Source of the DNA: a phage
Length of the DNA: 64,000 nucleotides
Strand: one strand, 5' to 3'
Assembly (NCBI GenBank): GCA_020279385.1
Contig: GCA_020279385.1_4762.2
This document shows, one piece after another, positions 52,879-61,356 of the stretch (position 1 is its first letter; every line of letters begins with the position of its first letter). Below the pieces are notes generated by a model. The model saw only the letters and a program-made list of their open reading frames with translations. It made no database searches and was not told the DNA's origin. The position numbers and the translations under genes are program-made.

Positions 52879-53466
52879 ATGTTTGACCAGTTACAAGATC
52901 TATTTGGAGTAAAACCACTTCGTAGATGTGCTTTAATAGGCTCTAGAAAAGCGCCTAGCGACATTTTGATAATGGCTAGTACCATTGGGAGGGTATTGTC
53001 AGAAAATCGCGTTGTAGCGCATTCTGGAGGGGCTTACGGTATGGACAATGCTTTCATGAAGTATTACGATCCAGATTATAGAAAAATTTTCATTCCAAAT
53101 TGGAAGTTTTATGACCACAAGCATAACGGTCATGATGTTATTGCATGGCAAACATTAGAACAAAAAAATCTGGCGATGGATGAATTAGAACATGTTTATG
53201 ATAATCCTCGTTCTATACCGTTATACATGCAAAATCTGTTTTCTAGAAATGTTGCTCAAGTCTTAGGTGAGACACTTGATGATCCTGTAGATTGTGTGAT
53301 ATTCTGGGCGAAAGAAGTTAATGGAATCGTTTCGGGAGGAACTAGAATTGCTGTTTATGTTGCCCGTAGACATGGGATACCATGTTTTAACTTATATCAT
53401 CAAGAAAATAGATCCGCCGTCGAAAAAATCTTGGGCGGATCTGACTTGTCTTGGTTAGATATTTAG
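52879..53466 (+). CDS. SLOG / DprA-like Rossmann-fold protein
   Basis: LIGSRKAPSD, HSGGAYGMDNAF, SRNVAQV, IVSGGTRIAVYVARRHGIPCF resemble DprA/SLOG motifs; sits where T4 has rnlB but lacks a ligase KxDG motif. Confidence 0.45.
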   Translation: MFDQLQDLFGVKPLRRCALIGSRKAPSDILIMASTIGRVLSENRVVAHSGGAYGMDNAFMKYYDPDYRKIFIPNWKFYDHKHNGHDVIAWQTLEQKNLAMDELEHVYDNPRSIPLYMQNLFSRNVAQVLGETLDDPVDCVIFWAKEVNGIVSGGTRIAVYVARRHGIPCFNLYHQENRSAVEKILGGSDLSWLDI

Positions 53467-54708
53467 TTAAGCGTTGTCAATCTCAAGCGGTGGCAGTTCG
53501 ATTCCTAAAATGTAGGACATTTCTGAACGTCCAGCCATTTTACCCCAATCGTCACCCTTGATGACCTGGTGTTCTTCCTGATCAACTTTTGATGTGTATG
53601 GGTTGACAGAGAGTGAATAACGATTCATAATAGCTACATGATGCTGGAAGCTATTGGGGTCAATTACACTCTTATACGCGCCAGCGCCGTCGGCTTCTGT
53701 ATATGGGGAGTAGAACAGAGAACCTACACTCTCCATATCACCGATCATGTGCTTACAACCAACGAGCATATAATCGAAAGGTGTTGTCGTGTCTGCGTAC
53801 ACTTCCAGACCGCAACGTAGACGACCTTCGCTTAGAGCATTGTCGGTTTCTTCCATCCAACCGGAAGATTGCAGGAGGCCAACCACGCGAGAAGACGCCA
53901 AAACGTATGTACCAGCAAAGGAGGAAGTCCGCAACATTTGATTGCTCATTTCGCAAGCATAGCGGTAAAGTTCACGCGCTTGTGCTGGTGCATCCTGAAC
54001 GCTAACGAGAGAAAGTACGCCGTCAGGGGTGATCCCTTTAATTTTATAGCGAGATGATACAGTGATCAACTTCTGAATAATATCTTTGTTGATCTCTTCG
54101 GAAGCGATCGTAGCCAGAAGATCAATTACAGAGTTTTCAGAGTTGATTTGGCTTGCCTCAAGATCCTGCATCAATTCGGTCGTGAATGAGGTTTTCAGTT
54201 TACGAGAACCTACATTAACCTGCCATTTATCAAACTGCATAGAGGTAGACGAAATTTCGGTGTTTTTATCTTCAAAGTATTCTACCGATGCACAATCGCT
54301 ATAGAAACGAATTTTGTTTGTCATTACGCCTTTAAAGATTGCGGCTTCTGGAGTTTCGGCATCTTCACCGACTGTACCAGCGGTCACAACTTCGTATACA
54401 ACATCGCCTGATTTGAATAGTGCGCCTTCGTCATAAGATTTTTCTTTTGAAAACTCTTCAATCTCTGTGCGATCACCAGCCGCGCCACCGTAGGTTGTAG
54501 CAGTTCGGAAAGTCATCTGACCATCACGATTAAGATAACGTAGTCCGTACAATGCAGATACTGGTTGATCCGTTGGCTGGATTGCTACCAGATCAGAGAA
54601 AATCAGGTTGTTTACCGCGCGAGTTAATGATAATAGTTGCGGTCGCGCTGTCTGGTTAGCTACTGAGGAAGTAGATTCCCGCAACAGTTCAGTAAAAATA
54701 TGAGTCAT
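53467..54708 (-). CDS. 24: Head vertex protein gp24
   Basis: MTHIFTELLREST... aligns with T4 gp24 N-terminus as recalled (MAKINELLREST...); start moved to internal Met at 54708 so the late promoter lies upstream; gp23-like fold. Confidence 0.85.
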   Translation of the reverse strand: MTHIFTELLRESTSSVANQTARPQLLSLTRAVNNLIFSDLVAIQPTDQPVSALYGLRYLNRDGQMTFRTATTYGGAAGDRTEIEEFSKEKSYDEGALFKSGDVVYEVVTAGTVGEDAETPEAAIFKGVMTNKIRFYSDCASVEYFEDKNTEISSTSMQFDKWQVNVGSRKLKTSFTTELMQDLEASQINSENSVIDLLATIASEEINKDIIQKLITVSSRYKIKGITPDGVLSLVSVQDAPAQARELYRYACEMSNQMLRTSSFAGTYVLASSRVVGLLQSSGWMEETDNALSEGRLRCGLEVYADTTTPFDYMLVGCKHMIGDMESVGSLFYSPYTEADGAGAYKSVIDPNSFQHHVAIMNRYSLSVNPYTSKVDQEEHQVIKGDDWGKMAGRSEMSYILGIELPPLEIDNA

Positions 54709-54745
54709 GTTTATGAATCCTGTATTTGCCTTAATGGATATATCA

Positions 54746-54753
54746 TATTTATA
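54746..54753 (-). promoter_or_regulatory. T4-type late promoter (TATAAATA) for gene 24
   Basis: Exact TATAAATA on minus strand 38 nt upstream of the proposed gp24 start. Confidence 0.5.
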
Positions 54754-54793
54754 CAAAAAGAAAAAGGAATCCGAAGGATTCCAAAAATAAACT

Positions 54794-54945
54794 TACTTCT
54801 TCCTAGAAACATTATCAACGCTACGGTTAACTTTGTTTACCAGATTAATTGCATGGTCAGAACGAATAATTGCATAAGCTAATGCTAACATCAATTCGTT
54901 GTATTCCTTACGAGTCATAACATAGCTGTTTTCTTTCTTACTCAT
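54794..54945 (-). CDS. Hypothetical small protein (50 aa) between genes 23 and 24
   Basis: Minus-strand ORF MSKKENSYVMTRKEYNELMLALAYAIIRSDH... after strong AAGGAGGAAATGC RBS. Confidence 0.4.
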
Positions 54946-55197
54946 GCATTTCCTCCTTATGGAGAATTTGGGGTTAATTCAGGGAACAGCGTACCAAAAC
55001 CAAAATTACCGCTAGCGTCACGCTGAAATGTCATAACAAGGCAGATCTGTATATCTACCAAATCTATCCGACCTAATATCAACATGAACGCTCATTTCAT
55101 TCATTGGTCCTTTGCCATGCAGTTACTACGAAAATTTGTGGAATTGTTTGTTGTGTGTATCTATTTTCGCTCCCAATAGAATATAGGCTTGCAACCC

Positions 55198-55205
55198 TAT
55201 TTATA
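55198..55205 (-). promoter_or_regulatory. T4-type late promoter motif (TATAAATA)
   Basis: Exact TATAAATA on minus strand just downstream of the gene 23 terminator. Confidence 0.35.
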
Positions 55206-55208
55206 TAC

Positions 55209-55240
55209 GCAAAAAGGGAAGACCCTTTCGAGTCTTCCCT
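55209..55240 (-). terminator. Rho-independent terminator after gene 23
   Basis: Minus-strand hairpin GGGAAGACTCGAAAGGGTCTTCCC followed by TTTTTGCG. Confidence 0.7.
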
Positions 55241-55323
55241 TTGGAATTAACACTTTACACTGTCATAAGGTTTATGATAAGTCGGGCATTGCACCCGACA
55301 GGAGTTTTCAGGAATGGCTTATA

Positions 55324-56910
55324 TTAGCAACCTTTAACCCATACACGACGGAAGTATGCGTTTTTACCTACGCTGTCTTTGCTCAACATACCGGAGGTGA
55401 TGCGAGCGGACGGTGCCTGGGATTTGCTGTCTGCAAACGGGTTAATACCGATGCCGTAGCGAGTCTTGAAGCCCAGAACCGGGTGGAAAGACTGCGGATC
55501 AGTTGCACGCAGCGGAGTCAGAGCAACATACGGAGCATAGTAGATACCAGCATCCATTTCGTTGTCGCCTTTGTAACCTACGGTGAAGTAGTCCTGACGA
55601 GCATACTGGTCGATGAATACTTTGTACTTACCAGCCAGAACACCAGCGAAAACAGCTTTAGTGGTGTCGGTATTCAGACCTTTTGCAGCACCCTGCATAG
55701 CAAGACTGATACCCTGATCAGCAGAAGCCAGAATGTTTACAACGTTACGGGAAGCGATAACAAAGTTACCAGCACCGCGACCAGTCTGACGAGCGATTTC
55801 AGCAGCTTCTTTGTCGATCTGGTAGATCAGAGATTTGAAGGATTCACCAGCCCAACGAGCACCGCGAGTATCGATCGGGTCTTGCAGGTCAAATACACCA
55901 GCTTTAGAACCAACGGTCTGAGTCATACCAGTCTTACCCACCTGAGCGGTAAAGTTGATAACGTCAACGATTTCACGGTTGATTTCCAGCAGAACTTCGT
56001 TAGCTAGGATAGCATTCAGTTCAGCGTCAGCGTCCATACCGTGTACAGCACGCAGATCCTGCGCAACTTCGATAGAATAACGAGCTTTCAGTTGGCGAGA
56101 TTTCGCTTCAACAACCTGTTTGTCAATACGCATTGACATTTCAGCCCACGGGTTATTGCTGGAACCGTTAAAACCTTCCTGAATTTCGGCAATGGAAGTA
56201 GCCATACCATAAGCGATTTCAGCCAATTTACCTTCTTCCATCAGCTTCATAACAGTTTCGTCTGCGGTTTCTTGACCTGCTTTGGTAGGGGTTACTGCGT
56301 CTGCGGTAACGTTTTGCAGATATGCAATACCAGTTTCTGCGAAGGTGTGGTGAACAATATCACCAGCTGCAATCTGAGTACCGATTTCCAGTTTAGCAAA
56401 CGGAGTACCAGTCGGGGAACCAGTGGTTGCACCTTTAGCAGCCAGAGAGCTATGGAACACATCAGGCGCATACATCGGATGGAATGCTTCTTTCGCCTGA
56501 GATGCCAGCGGGTTAGGACCGTATACAGAACGGATTGCAAAGATCTGGCTAGTCGGAGTGCTCATCGGCTGAACGCCACAAATATCAAATGCGATCAGGT
56601 TAGGGATAGCACGGCGAACCATACCGATAACAGCCGGACCTACGTTGGTGATTGCACCAGTAGTCTGACCAGACGCGATATTAGATGCGTCATAACCGTG
56701 GTCGCCAGCAACTTCGGCTTCTGCGATAAAGCCACCGAATGCTTCAACAACTTTTTCATCCTTATAGATCGGGTCTACAGCAAAATCCGCTTCCTGAGAT
56801 TCCAGAATTTTAGCAACCAGTTTCTGCTTAGACGCAGTTGCGATTTCCGGCAGTTTTTCGTTCTCCAGCAGCGGGGACCATTTTTCCATCAGTTCTTTGG
56901 TAGTTTTCAT
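55324..56910 (-). CDS. 23: Major capsid protein gp23
   Basis: 528 aa; long stretches match T4 gp23 as recalled (VRRAIPNLIAFDICGVQPM, RIDKQVVEAKSRQLKA, GIYYAPYVALTPLR, KNAYFRRVWVKG). Confidence 0.97.
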   Translation of the reverse strand: MKTTKELMEKWSPLLENEKLPEIATASKQKLVAKILESQEADFAVDPIYKDEKVVEAFGGFIAEAEVAGDHGYDASNIASGQTTGAITNVGPAVIGMVRRAIPNLIAFDICGVQPMSTPTSQIFAIRSVYGPNPLASQAKEAFHPMYAPDVFHSSLAAKGATTGSPTGTPFAKLEIGTQIAAGDIVHHTFAETGIAYLQNVTADAVTPTKAGQETADETVMKLMEEGKLAEIAYGMATSIAEIQEGFNGSSNNPWAEMSMRIDKQVVEAKSRQLKARYSIEVAQDLRAVHGMDADAELNAILANEVLLEINREIVDVINFTAQVGKTGMTQTVGSKAGVFDLQDPIDTRGARWAGESFKSLIYQIDKEAAEIARQTGRGAGNFVIASRNVVNILASADQGISLAMQGAAKGLNTDTTKAVFAGVLAGKYKVFIDQYARQDYFTVGYKGDNEMDAGIYYAPYVALTPLRATDPQSFHPVLGFKTRYGIGINPFADSKSQAPSARITSGMLSKDSVGKNAYFRRVWVKGC

Positions 56911-56944
56911 GTTCTTTAAACCTTGTTTGTTGTTAACCTAAAGT

Positions 56945-56952
56945 ATTTATTA
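56945..56952 (-). promoter_or_regulatory. Late promoter-like motif (AATAAATA) for gene 23
   Basis: One mismatch from TATAAATA, 35 nt upstream of gp23 ATG. Confidence 0.35.
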
Positions 56953-56968
56953 GTAGATTTGAATTGCA

Positions 56969-57763
56969 TTAGATGAAATTCAGGTAGCGAGATACGCCGG
57001 AATCTACAGTTGCTTTTTTCTCTGATTCTTCGACAGCTTCTGCAATAACATTCAGCTTGTCGGCATCAGTATTTAGTGATTCTTCAATCTTCGCTGGTTT
57101 GTCTTCTTTCTTAGCCACCATTTCGACAATTGTAGTTAATTTCTTATCGAAAGTTTCGCTATATTCCAGACCTTCAATCAGCGCGGTTACTTTTTCTTTC
57201 TGAGTATCGGAAAGATCACGAGTGCTTTCATTGATCGCTTGTTCGCGCTTCATGCCACGAATTTCGCTTTCAAGTTGCAGTTTGGCATCAAAGAGTTCGG
57301 AGGTTTTTTCTTTTTCTTCTTTGAGTGCTTCGTCAAGTTCAGCAACAACGTCTACAGATTCTTCCGGTACTACAACATTGTGAGTAACGAAAACATCTTT
57401 CAGAGAACCAATCAGGGATTCGCACAGATCCGCTTTAATATTACGGGTGACGGCTTCTTTATTTTCTGCCAGCCATTTAGCGCCTAAGTGATTCAGGAAT
57501 TTATCTGCATCTTCGTACAGTTTGGTTTCAATCTCGGTGCGTGCTTCTTCGACCTTTGATTCTACCAGTTCATCGGCTTTAGCGGCGATTTTTTCAATGT
57601 GGCTTTCTGCCAGTGCAACAGCATTAGCTTTTACCGCCTGAGCGTAGATAGTACCAAAATTTTCTTTTACTTCCGGCGACAGTTCGACGGATTCAAACAG
57701 GTCATCGAGAGCAACGTCTACGGTGATCTGTTTTGCTTCTTCGAGCAGCATTTCTTTAAGCAT
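56969..57763 (-). CDS. 22: Prohead core scaffold protein gp22
   Basis: 264 aa, acidic coiled-coil; N-terminus MLKEMLLEEAKQI... and HNVVVPEESVDVVAE match T4 gp22 as recalled. Confidence 0.9.
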   Translation of the reverse strand: MLKEMLLEEAKQITVDVALDDLFESVELSPEVKENFGTIYAQAVKANAVALAESHIEKIAAKADELVESKVEEARTEIETKLYEDADKFLNHLGAKWLAENKEAVTRNIKADLCESLIGSLKDVFVTHNVVVPEESVDVVAELDEALKEEKEKTSELFDAKLQLESEIRGMKREQAINESTRDLSDTQKEKVTALIEGLEYSETFDKKLTTIVEMVAKKEDKPAKIEESLNTDADKLNVIAEAVEESEKKATVDSGVSRYLNFI

Positions 57764-57794
57764 GGTTATAACCTTCTTGTTGATAACGACGTTA

Positions 57795-58490
57795 TTATTT
57801 ATAGCGTTTAGATAACGCTTCTGCGAGCGCCATAAACGCGCTATTATTCGATTCTACGATGTTTTGTTGTGAGACTGTAGGGTTAATCACTTTTTCGGTT
57901 TTATCGCTTTCTGGTGCGTCTGACGCGCTAGAATCGCTATCCGTTGACTCAACCACAGGAGTTACCCACGCATCCGGTGCGCTCGGACCCCAAACAACAT
58001 CAACACCAACCGTCAACACAAAACCTTCCTGTACAATATTGTATCCGCGACCAGAGTCTTTCAACCGACCCAACCCACGGGAGGAAACGCCAGGAATCCA
58101 GCCAGCGCGAATCAGTGCCGCAAGTTTATCACCTGCGCCTTTATCCCCTTCAATAACACGGGCTTTACCCATCACGTTATTACCTTCCCACCATAATTTT
58201 TCAATTATGATGCAAGCATTAGATGGGTCTGGCATTGCTCTTGCTGGGTGATTAAGTTCGCCTAGAGCTTGATGTGTCTCAACTTGTTCATGTATGTATT
58301 TAGTAACCGCATTTTCTAGAACACTGCGAGGATACCAGCGTTTATTGCGGTTTACCGTTTCGGCTTGCAGGAAAATCCCTTGAATATAGAGATTTCCTGT
58401 AGCCTTATCATCAAATGATTCAAGCAATGACGAACTACCGCGAGCACAAGGAACGCCCCATTGTTCGATCAGTAATTCGTTCTTTTCCAT
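57795..58490 (-). CDS. 21: Prohead protease gp21
   Basis: NRNKRWYPRSVLE, QALGELNHP, IRAGWIPGVSSRGLG, VWGPSAPDAWVTP match T4 gp21 as recalled. Confidence 0.93.
   Translation of the reverse strand: MEKNELLIEQWGVPCARGSSSLLESFDDKATGNLYIQGIFLQAETVNRNKRWYPRSVLENAVTKYIHEQVETHQALGELNHPARAMPDPSNACIIIEKLWWEGNNVMGKARVIEGDKGAGDKLAALIRAGWIPGVSSRGLGRLKDSGRGYNIVQEGFVLTVGVDVVWGPSAPDAWVTPVVESTDSDSSASDAPESDKTEKVINPTVSQQNIVESNNSAFMALAEALSKRYK
57796..57803 (-). promoter_or_regulatory. T4-type late promoter (TATAAATA) for gene 22
   Basis: Exact TATAAATA on minus strand 33 nt upstream of gp22 ATG, inside the 3' end of gene 21. Confidence 0.45.
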
Positions 58491-58501
58491 GTTGTTTCCT
58501 G

Positions 58502-58909
58502 TTATAATCCTAACGCCTTACGTTTACGCATTGCTTTTTTGCGCTTACGTTCCGCATGACGTTCGATAGATGGATTTGCGCGTTTGGTTTTTGCAGCACG
58601 ACGGGCAATTTGACGGCGTTTAGCTTTGCTTAGGCCAGTAGTCATGTAAGCATTACGCTCACGGGTTTTGCGATCTTTCTTACGTGCAACTTCCCCGCGT
58701 GCGTTTACATGTTTAACCATTGCTTCATTTACAGTAATTCCGTCGATGATAGACAGCATTGCTACCGCCAGTTCCGGCTCATCCTCGGAGATACCTTCAA
58801 CGATTTTCAATAGTTCTTCTGACTCAAACATAGCCAACATGTCCAATTTTTCCTGTGCTTCCGGCAGAAAAGTTTCTAAGTCAGCTTTAGGAGTAAAATC
58901 TTTAATCAT
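58502..58909 (-). CDS. 68: Prohead core protein gp68
   Basis: 135 aa, basic C-terminus; position between 67 and 21. Confidence 0.7.
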   Translation of the reverse strand: MIKDFTPKADLETFLPEAQEKLDMLAMFESEELLKIVEGISEDEPELAVAMLSIIDGITVNEAMVKHVNARGEVARKKDRKTRERNAYMTTGLSKAKRRQIARRAAKTKRANPSIERHAERKRKKAMRKRKALGL

Positions 58910-58921
58910 GTTGGCTTCCTA

Positions 58922-59164
58922 TTATTCGTCGTCTTCTTTGTCTTTTTTATCGTCTTTGCGATCTTCGTCTTCGTCGTCCTCATCATCCATATCTTTTTCA
59001 TCATCGCGGTCTTTTTCTTCTTCACCTTCGATCATGATACTGGATGCGATTTCGACACGCTGGGATTCGATGATCTGGGCTTTTTTAGCCTCCATGATCT
59101 TATCAAATTCTTTTTCGATCAGCGTTAGATCGCGAGTTTTAATTGCTTCGATAAATTGTTTCAT
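58922..59164 (-). CDS. 67: Prohead core protein gp67
   Basis: 80 aa with highly acidic D/E-rich C-terminus; position after gene 20. Confidence 0.75.
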   Translation of the reverse strand: MKQFIEAIKTRDLTLIEKEFDKIMEAKKAQIIESQRVEIASSIMIEGEEEKDRDDEKDMDDEDDEDEDRKDDKKDKEDDE

Positions 59165-60730
59165 TTAAAAATCCTCTATTTCATCGGGAGTTTGTTTAAA
59201 GCGCGGATCGTTCGCTTCTTCTTCGATCTGTTTCTTCTCGGTGTCCATCTGGTCATCGGTATATTTCAGAATGTCACGCATCACTGTCTGGTTAGAGAAA
59301 TATTTACCAATGTAAGGTGTAATACGTTCGATTAGACCGATTCGACGTTCTAAAATTTCCGCGTCTTTAACTTCTGTATAGTAAGAGTCCCGATGGAAAA
59401 CCACCTTGATATTATTTATTTCACGATCCCAATCGTCTTCCGTAATTACATTTTTGAGAATCAGATTATATTTCAGAGGATCGCGCAATACTTCCGAAAA
59501 CTGTGATTGCAGAGTTCTAATGAATTTCGAAAATTCCAACTCATCGCGAGTAATTTCTGAACCGTCACCACCGATCACCATATTAGCATCGGAGAGATTA
59601 CTGCGTGACAATGGTACACGCAACGCTTCATACAATTTACGGTTAAAGTAGCGAATATCATCGATATCACTCATACCGGATGCACCGGGTAAAGTAGTAA
59701 CGTCGGTGATTGCTTTACCATCTCGACGCTGTAACCAGTAGTCCTCTGTCATTGATAGATTTGCTTGCTGGTTTTTAAGTTTACCAGTCGATGCATCATA
59801 AACAACGCGGTTTTTAAAAGACTGTGCCACTGAGTTCATGTGCTGTGCAGCCTTGCGGTTGTTCATGTTTCCGGTATCAATAAAGAACACTCGGCGTTCC
59901 GGTGCACGCGTGATACGATAAACGACCATTGCGTCTTCCAACAATTTAAGCTGGTTTGCTGGCTTAACAGCCCGATGCAAATAACCAATGATATATTTAT
60001 CATCACAATCCATCAAGCCGCTGTGAGCGTATGTAATAGCACTACGCGGGATTTTAACGCGACTATTAGGAGAGAATACTTGACCACCCGCGCAATAAGA
60101 ACTATTGCCTACGGTGTAAATGAAATATTCTTTCGTTGCTTTATAAATTTTACCTTCCGGTGTGTCTTCTGTAATGATCTCGCGAACATATTCAAGATTA
60201 CGTGGGTCAAGCTGGCGTAATTCTACGATACCATCTTTTGGATTTTTGCCGATGATTTTATGGAAGAAAATACGCGAATCGACATACCAGCGACGGAACA
60301 TATCCTGACCGCGCCTATCAAACTGGATAGTGTTTAAAAGATCTTTAAATTCTTCATGAATGCGCTCTTTTACAGATTCACTAAAGCCAGTCGCCTCAAG
60401 ATTTAATGAAACAACTTCATGACCTTCTTCAAATACAATCGCATCGTTAACGATATTTTGTACAGCGTTTTCGACTTCATGGTTATTCATCAAACCGCGA
60501 TATGTGTTAACTAATTGCTTAGTTGTGCTGATTTTCTGGTCGGTGCTGTAAAATTGCTGGGTAAGAGAGTTCCACGAGCTAGCCGGAGAATTATCATTAA
60601 TTTCTACTTCCGTAGCACCATCATTGTTTTTAGGTGCGGCGATAGACTCTGCTTTATCTTTAATTTGTTCTTCGTATTTGTCGTTGTCAAAATCAGCCCA
60701 ACGCGCAAGCATTTTTAATCTACTAAACAT
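59165..60730 (-). CDS. 20: Portal vertex protein gp20
   Basis: 521 aa; FRRWYVDSRIFFHKIIG, GYLHRAVKPANQLKLLEDA, MTEDYWLQRRDGKA match T4 gp20 as recalled. Confidence 0.95.
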   Translation of the reverse strand: MFSRLKMLARWADFDNDKYEEQIKDKAESIAAPKNNDGATEVEINDNSPASSWNSLTQQFYSTDQKISTTKQLVNTYRGLMNNHEVENAVQNIVNDAIVFEEGHEVVSLNLEATGFSESVKERIHEEFKDLLNTIQFDRRGQDMFRRWYVDSRIFFHKIIGKNPKDGIVELRQLDPRNLEYVREIITEDTPEGKIYKATKEYFIYTVGNSSYCAGGQVFSPNSRVKIPRSAITYAHSGLMDCDDKYIIGYLHRAVKPANQLKLLEDAMVVYRITRAPERRVFFIDTGNMNNRKAAQHMNSVAQSFKNRVVYDASTGKLKNQQANLSMTEDYWLQRRDGKAITDVTTLPGASGMSDIDDIRYFNRKLYEALRVPLSRSNLSDANMVIGGDGSEITRDELEFSKFIRTLQSQFSEVLRDPLKYNLILKNVITEDDWDREINNIKVVFHRDSYYTEVKDAEILERRIGLIERITPYIGKYFSNQTVMRDILKYTDDQMDTEKKQIEEEANDPRFKQTPDEIEDF

Positions 60731-60754
60731 TATTCACCTCGAATTGGGAGAAAT

Positions 60755-60777
60755 TAGGCGGGGAACTTCTCCCCGCA
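60755..60777 (-). other. Stem-loop between genes 19 and 20
   Basis: GCGGGGAGAAGTTCCCCGC hairpin on minus strand. Confidence 0.35.
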
Positions 60778-60788
60778 TGATAATATAT

Positions 60789-61283
60789 TTATTCTACCCA
60801 ATCGATAGCAAAAGTAACTTCAAACGTTTCAACTTCGTTGTTTTGTTCCCAATCGAGGGTTACTTCACCAACGTTGGTCGGGAAAATACCGTACAATGTT
60901 TTTTCGCTAGTTGATTCGGTGTTACGGTTAAGTTGACGAACAATAGCTTGTTTCTTATATTGTGCAGGAGTTGCACCAGTGATTGCCGAACCAGTGCCAT
61001 GTGTCTGATCGCTCCATGCAACGATAGCATCACGGATCTTGTGTGCGTCATCGTTGAATACAGTGATGGTCCAGTCGTCGTATACACGGTCGCCAGCGAT
61101 GTTAATTTTACGGTTTTGATAGCCTACAGCAATTTTTTCTACGGTAGCAGCCGGGACAGTAGCAGCCTTACACATCAGCTTAAAGTTTTGCCCCAGATAT
61201 GGGATCTCAACTTCAAACAGGTTAGGACGAGCAAAATCGCCAGACTCGAAACCGCGTGTAATATCATTCAAATCGAGTGCCAT
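60789..61283 (-). CDS. 19: Tail tube protein gp19
   Basis: 164 aa; FESGDFARPNLFEVEIPYLGQNF and C-terminal TFEVTFAIDWVE match T4 gp19 as recalled. Confidence 0.93.
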   Translation of the reverse strand: MALDLNDITRGFESGDFARPNLFEVEIPYLGQNFKLMCKAATVPAATVEKIAVGYQNRKINIAGDRVYDDWTITVFNDDAHKIRDAIVAWSDQTHGTGSAITGATPAQYKKQAIVRQLNRNTESTSEKTLYGIFPTNVGEVTLDWEQNNEVETFEVTFAIDWVE

Positions 61284-61309
61284 AATTGATATTCCTTAAT
61301 AGAGCGGGG

Positions 61310-61330
61310 ATTTTCTCCCCGCTTGATTTA
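61310..61330 (-). other. Stem-loop between genes 18 and 19
   Basis: GCGGGGAGAAAATCCCCGC hairpin on minus strand. Confidence 0.35.
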
Positions 61331-61356
61331 ACTTTTAATCTATGCTAATTTACTGA

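Noticed and set aside
55189-56910. Plus-strand ORFs of 272 and 215 aa
   Set aside because: Antisense to the major capsid gene 23, which is unambiguous on the minus strand
58668-59168. 166-aa Ser-rich plus-strand ORF
   Set aside because: Antisense to the acidic gp67/gp68 genes; low-complexity mirror of D/E codons
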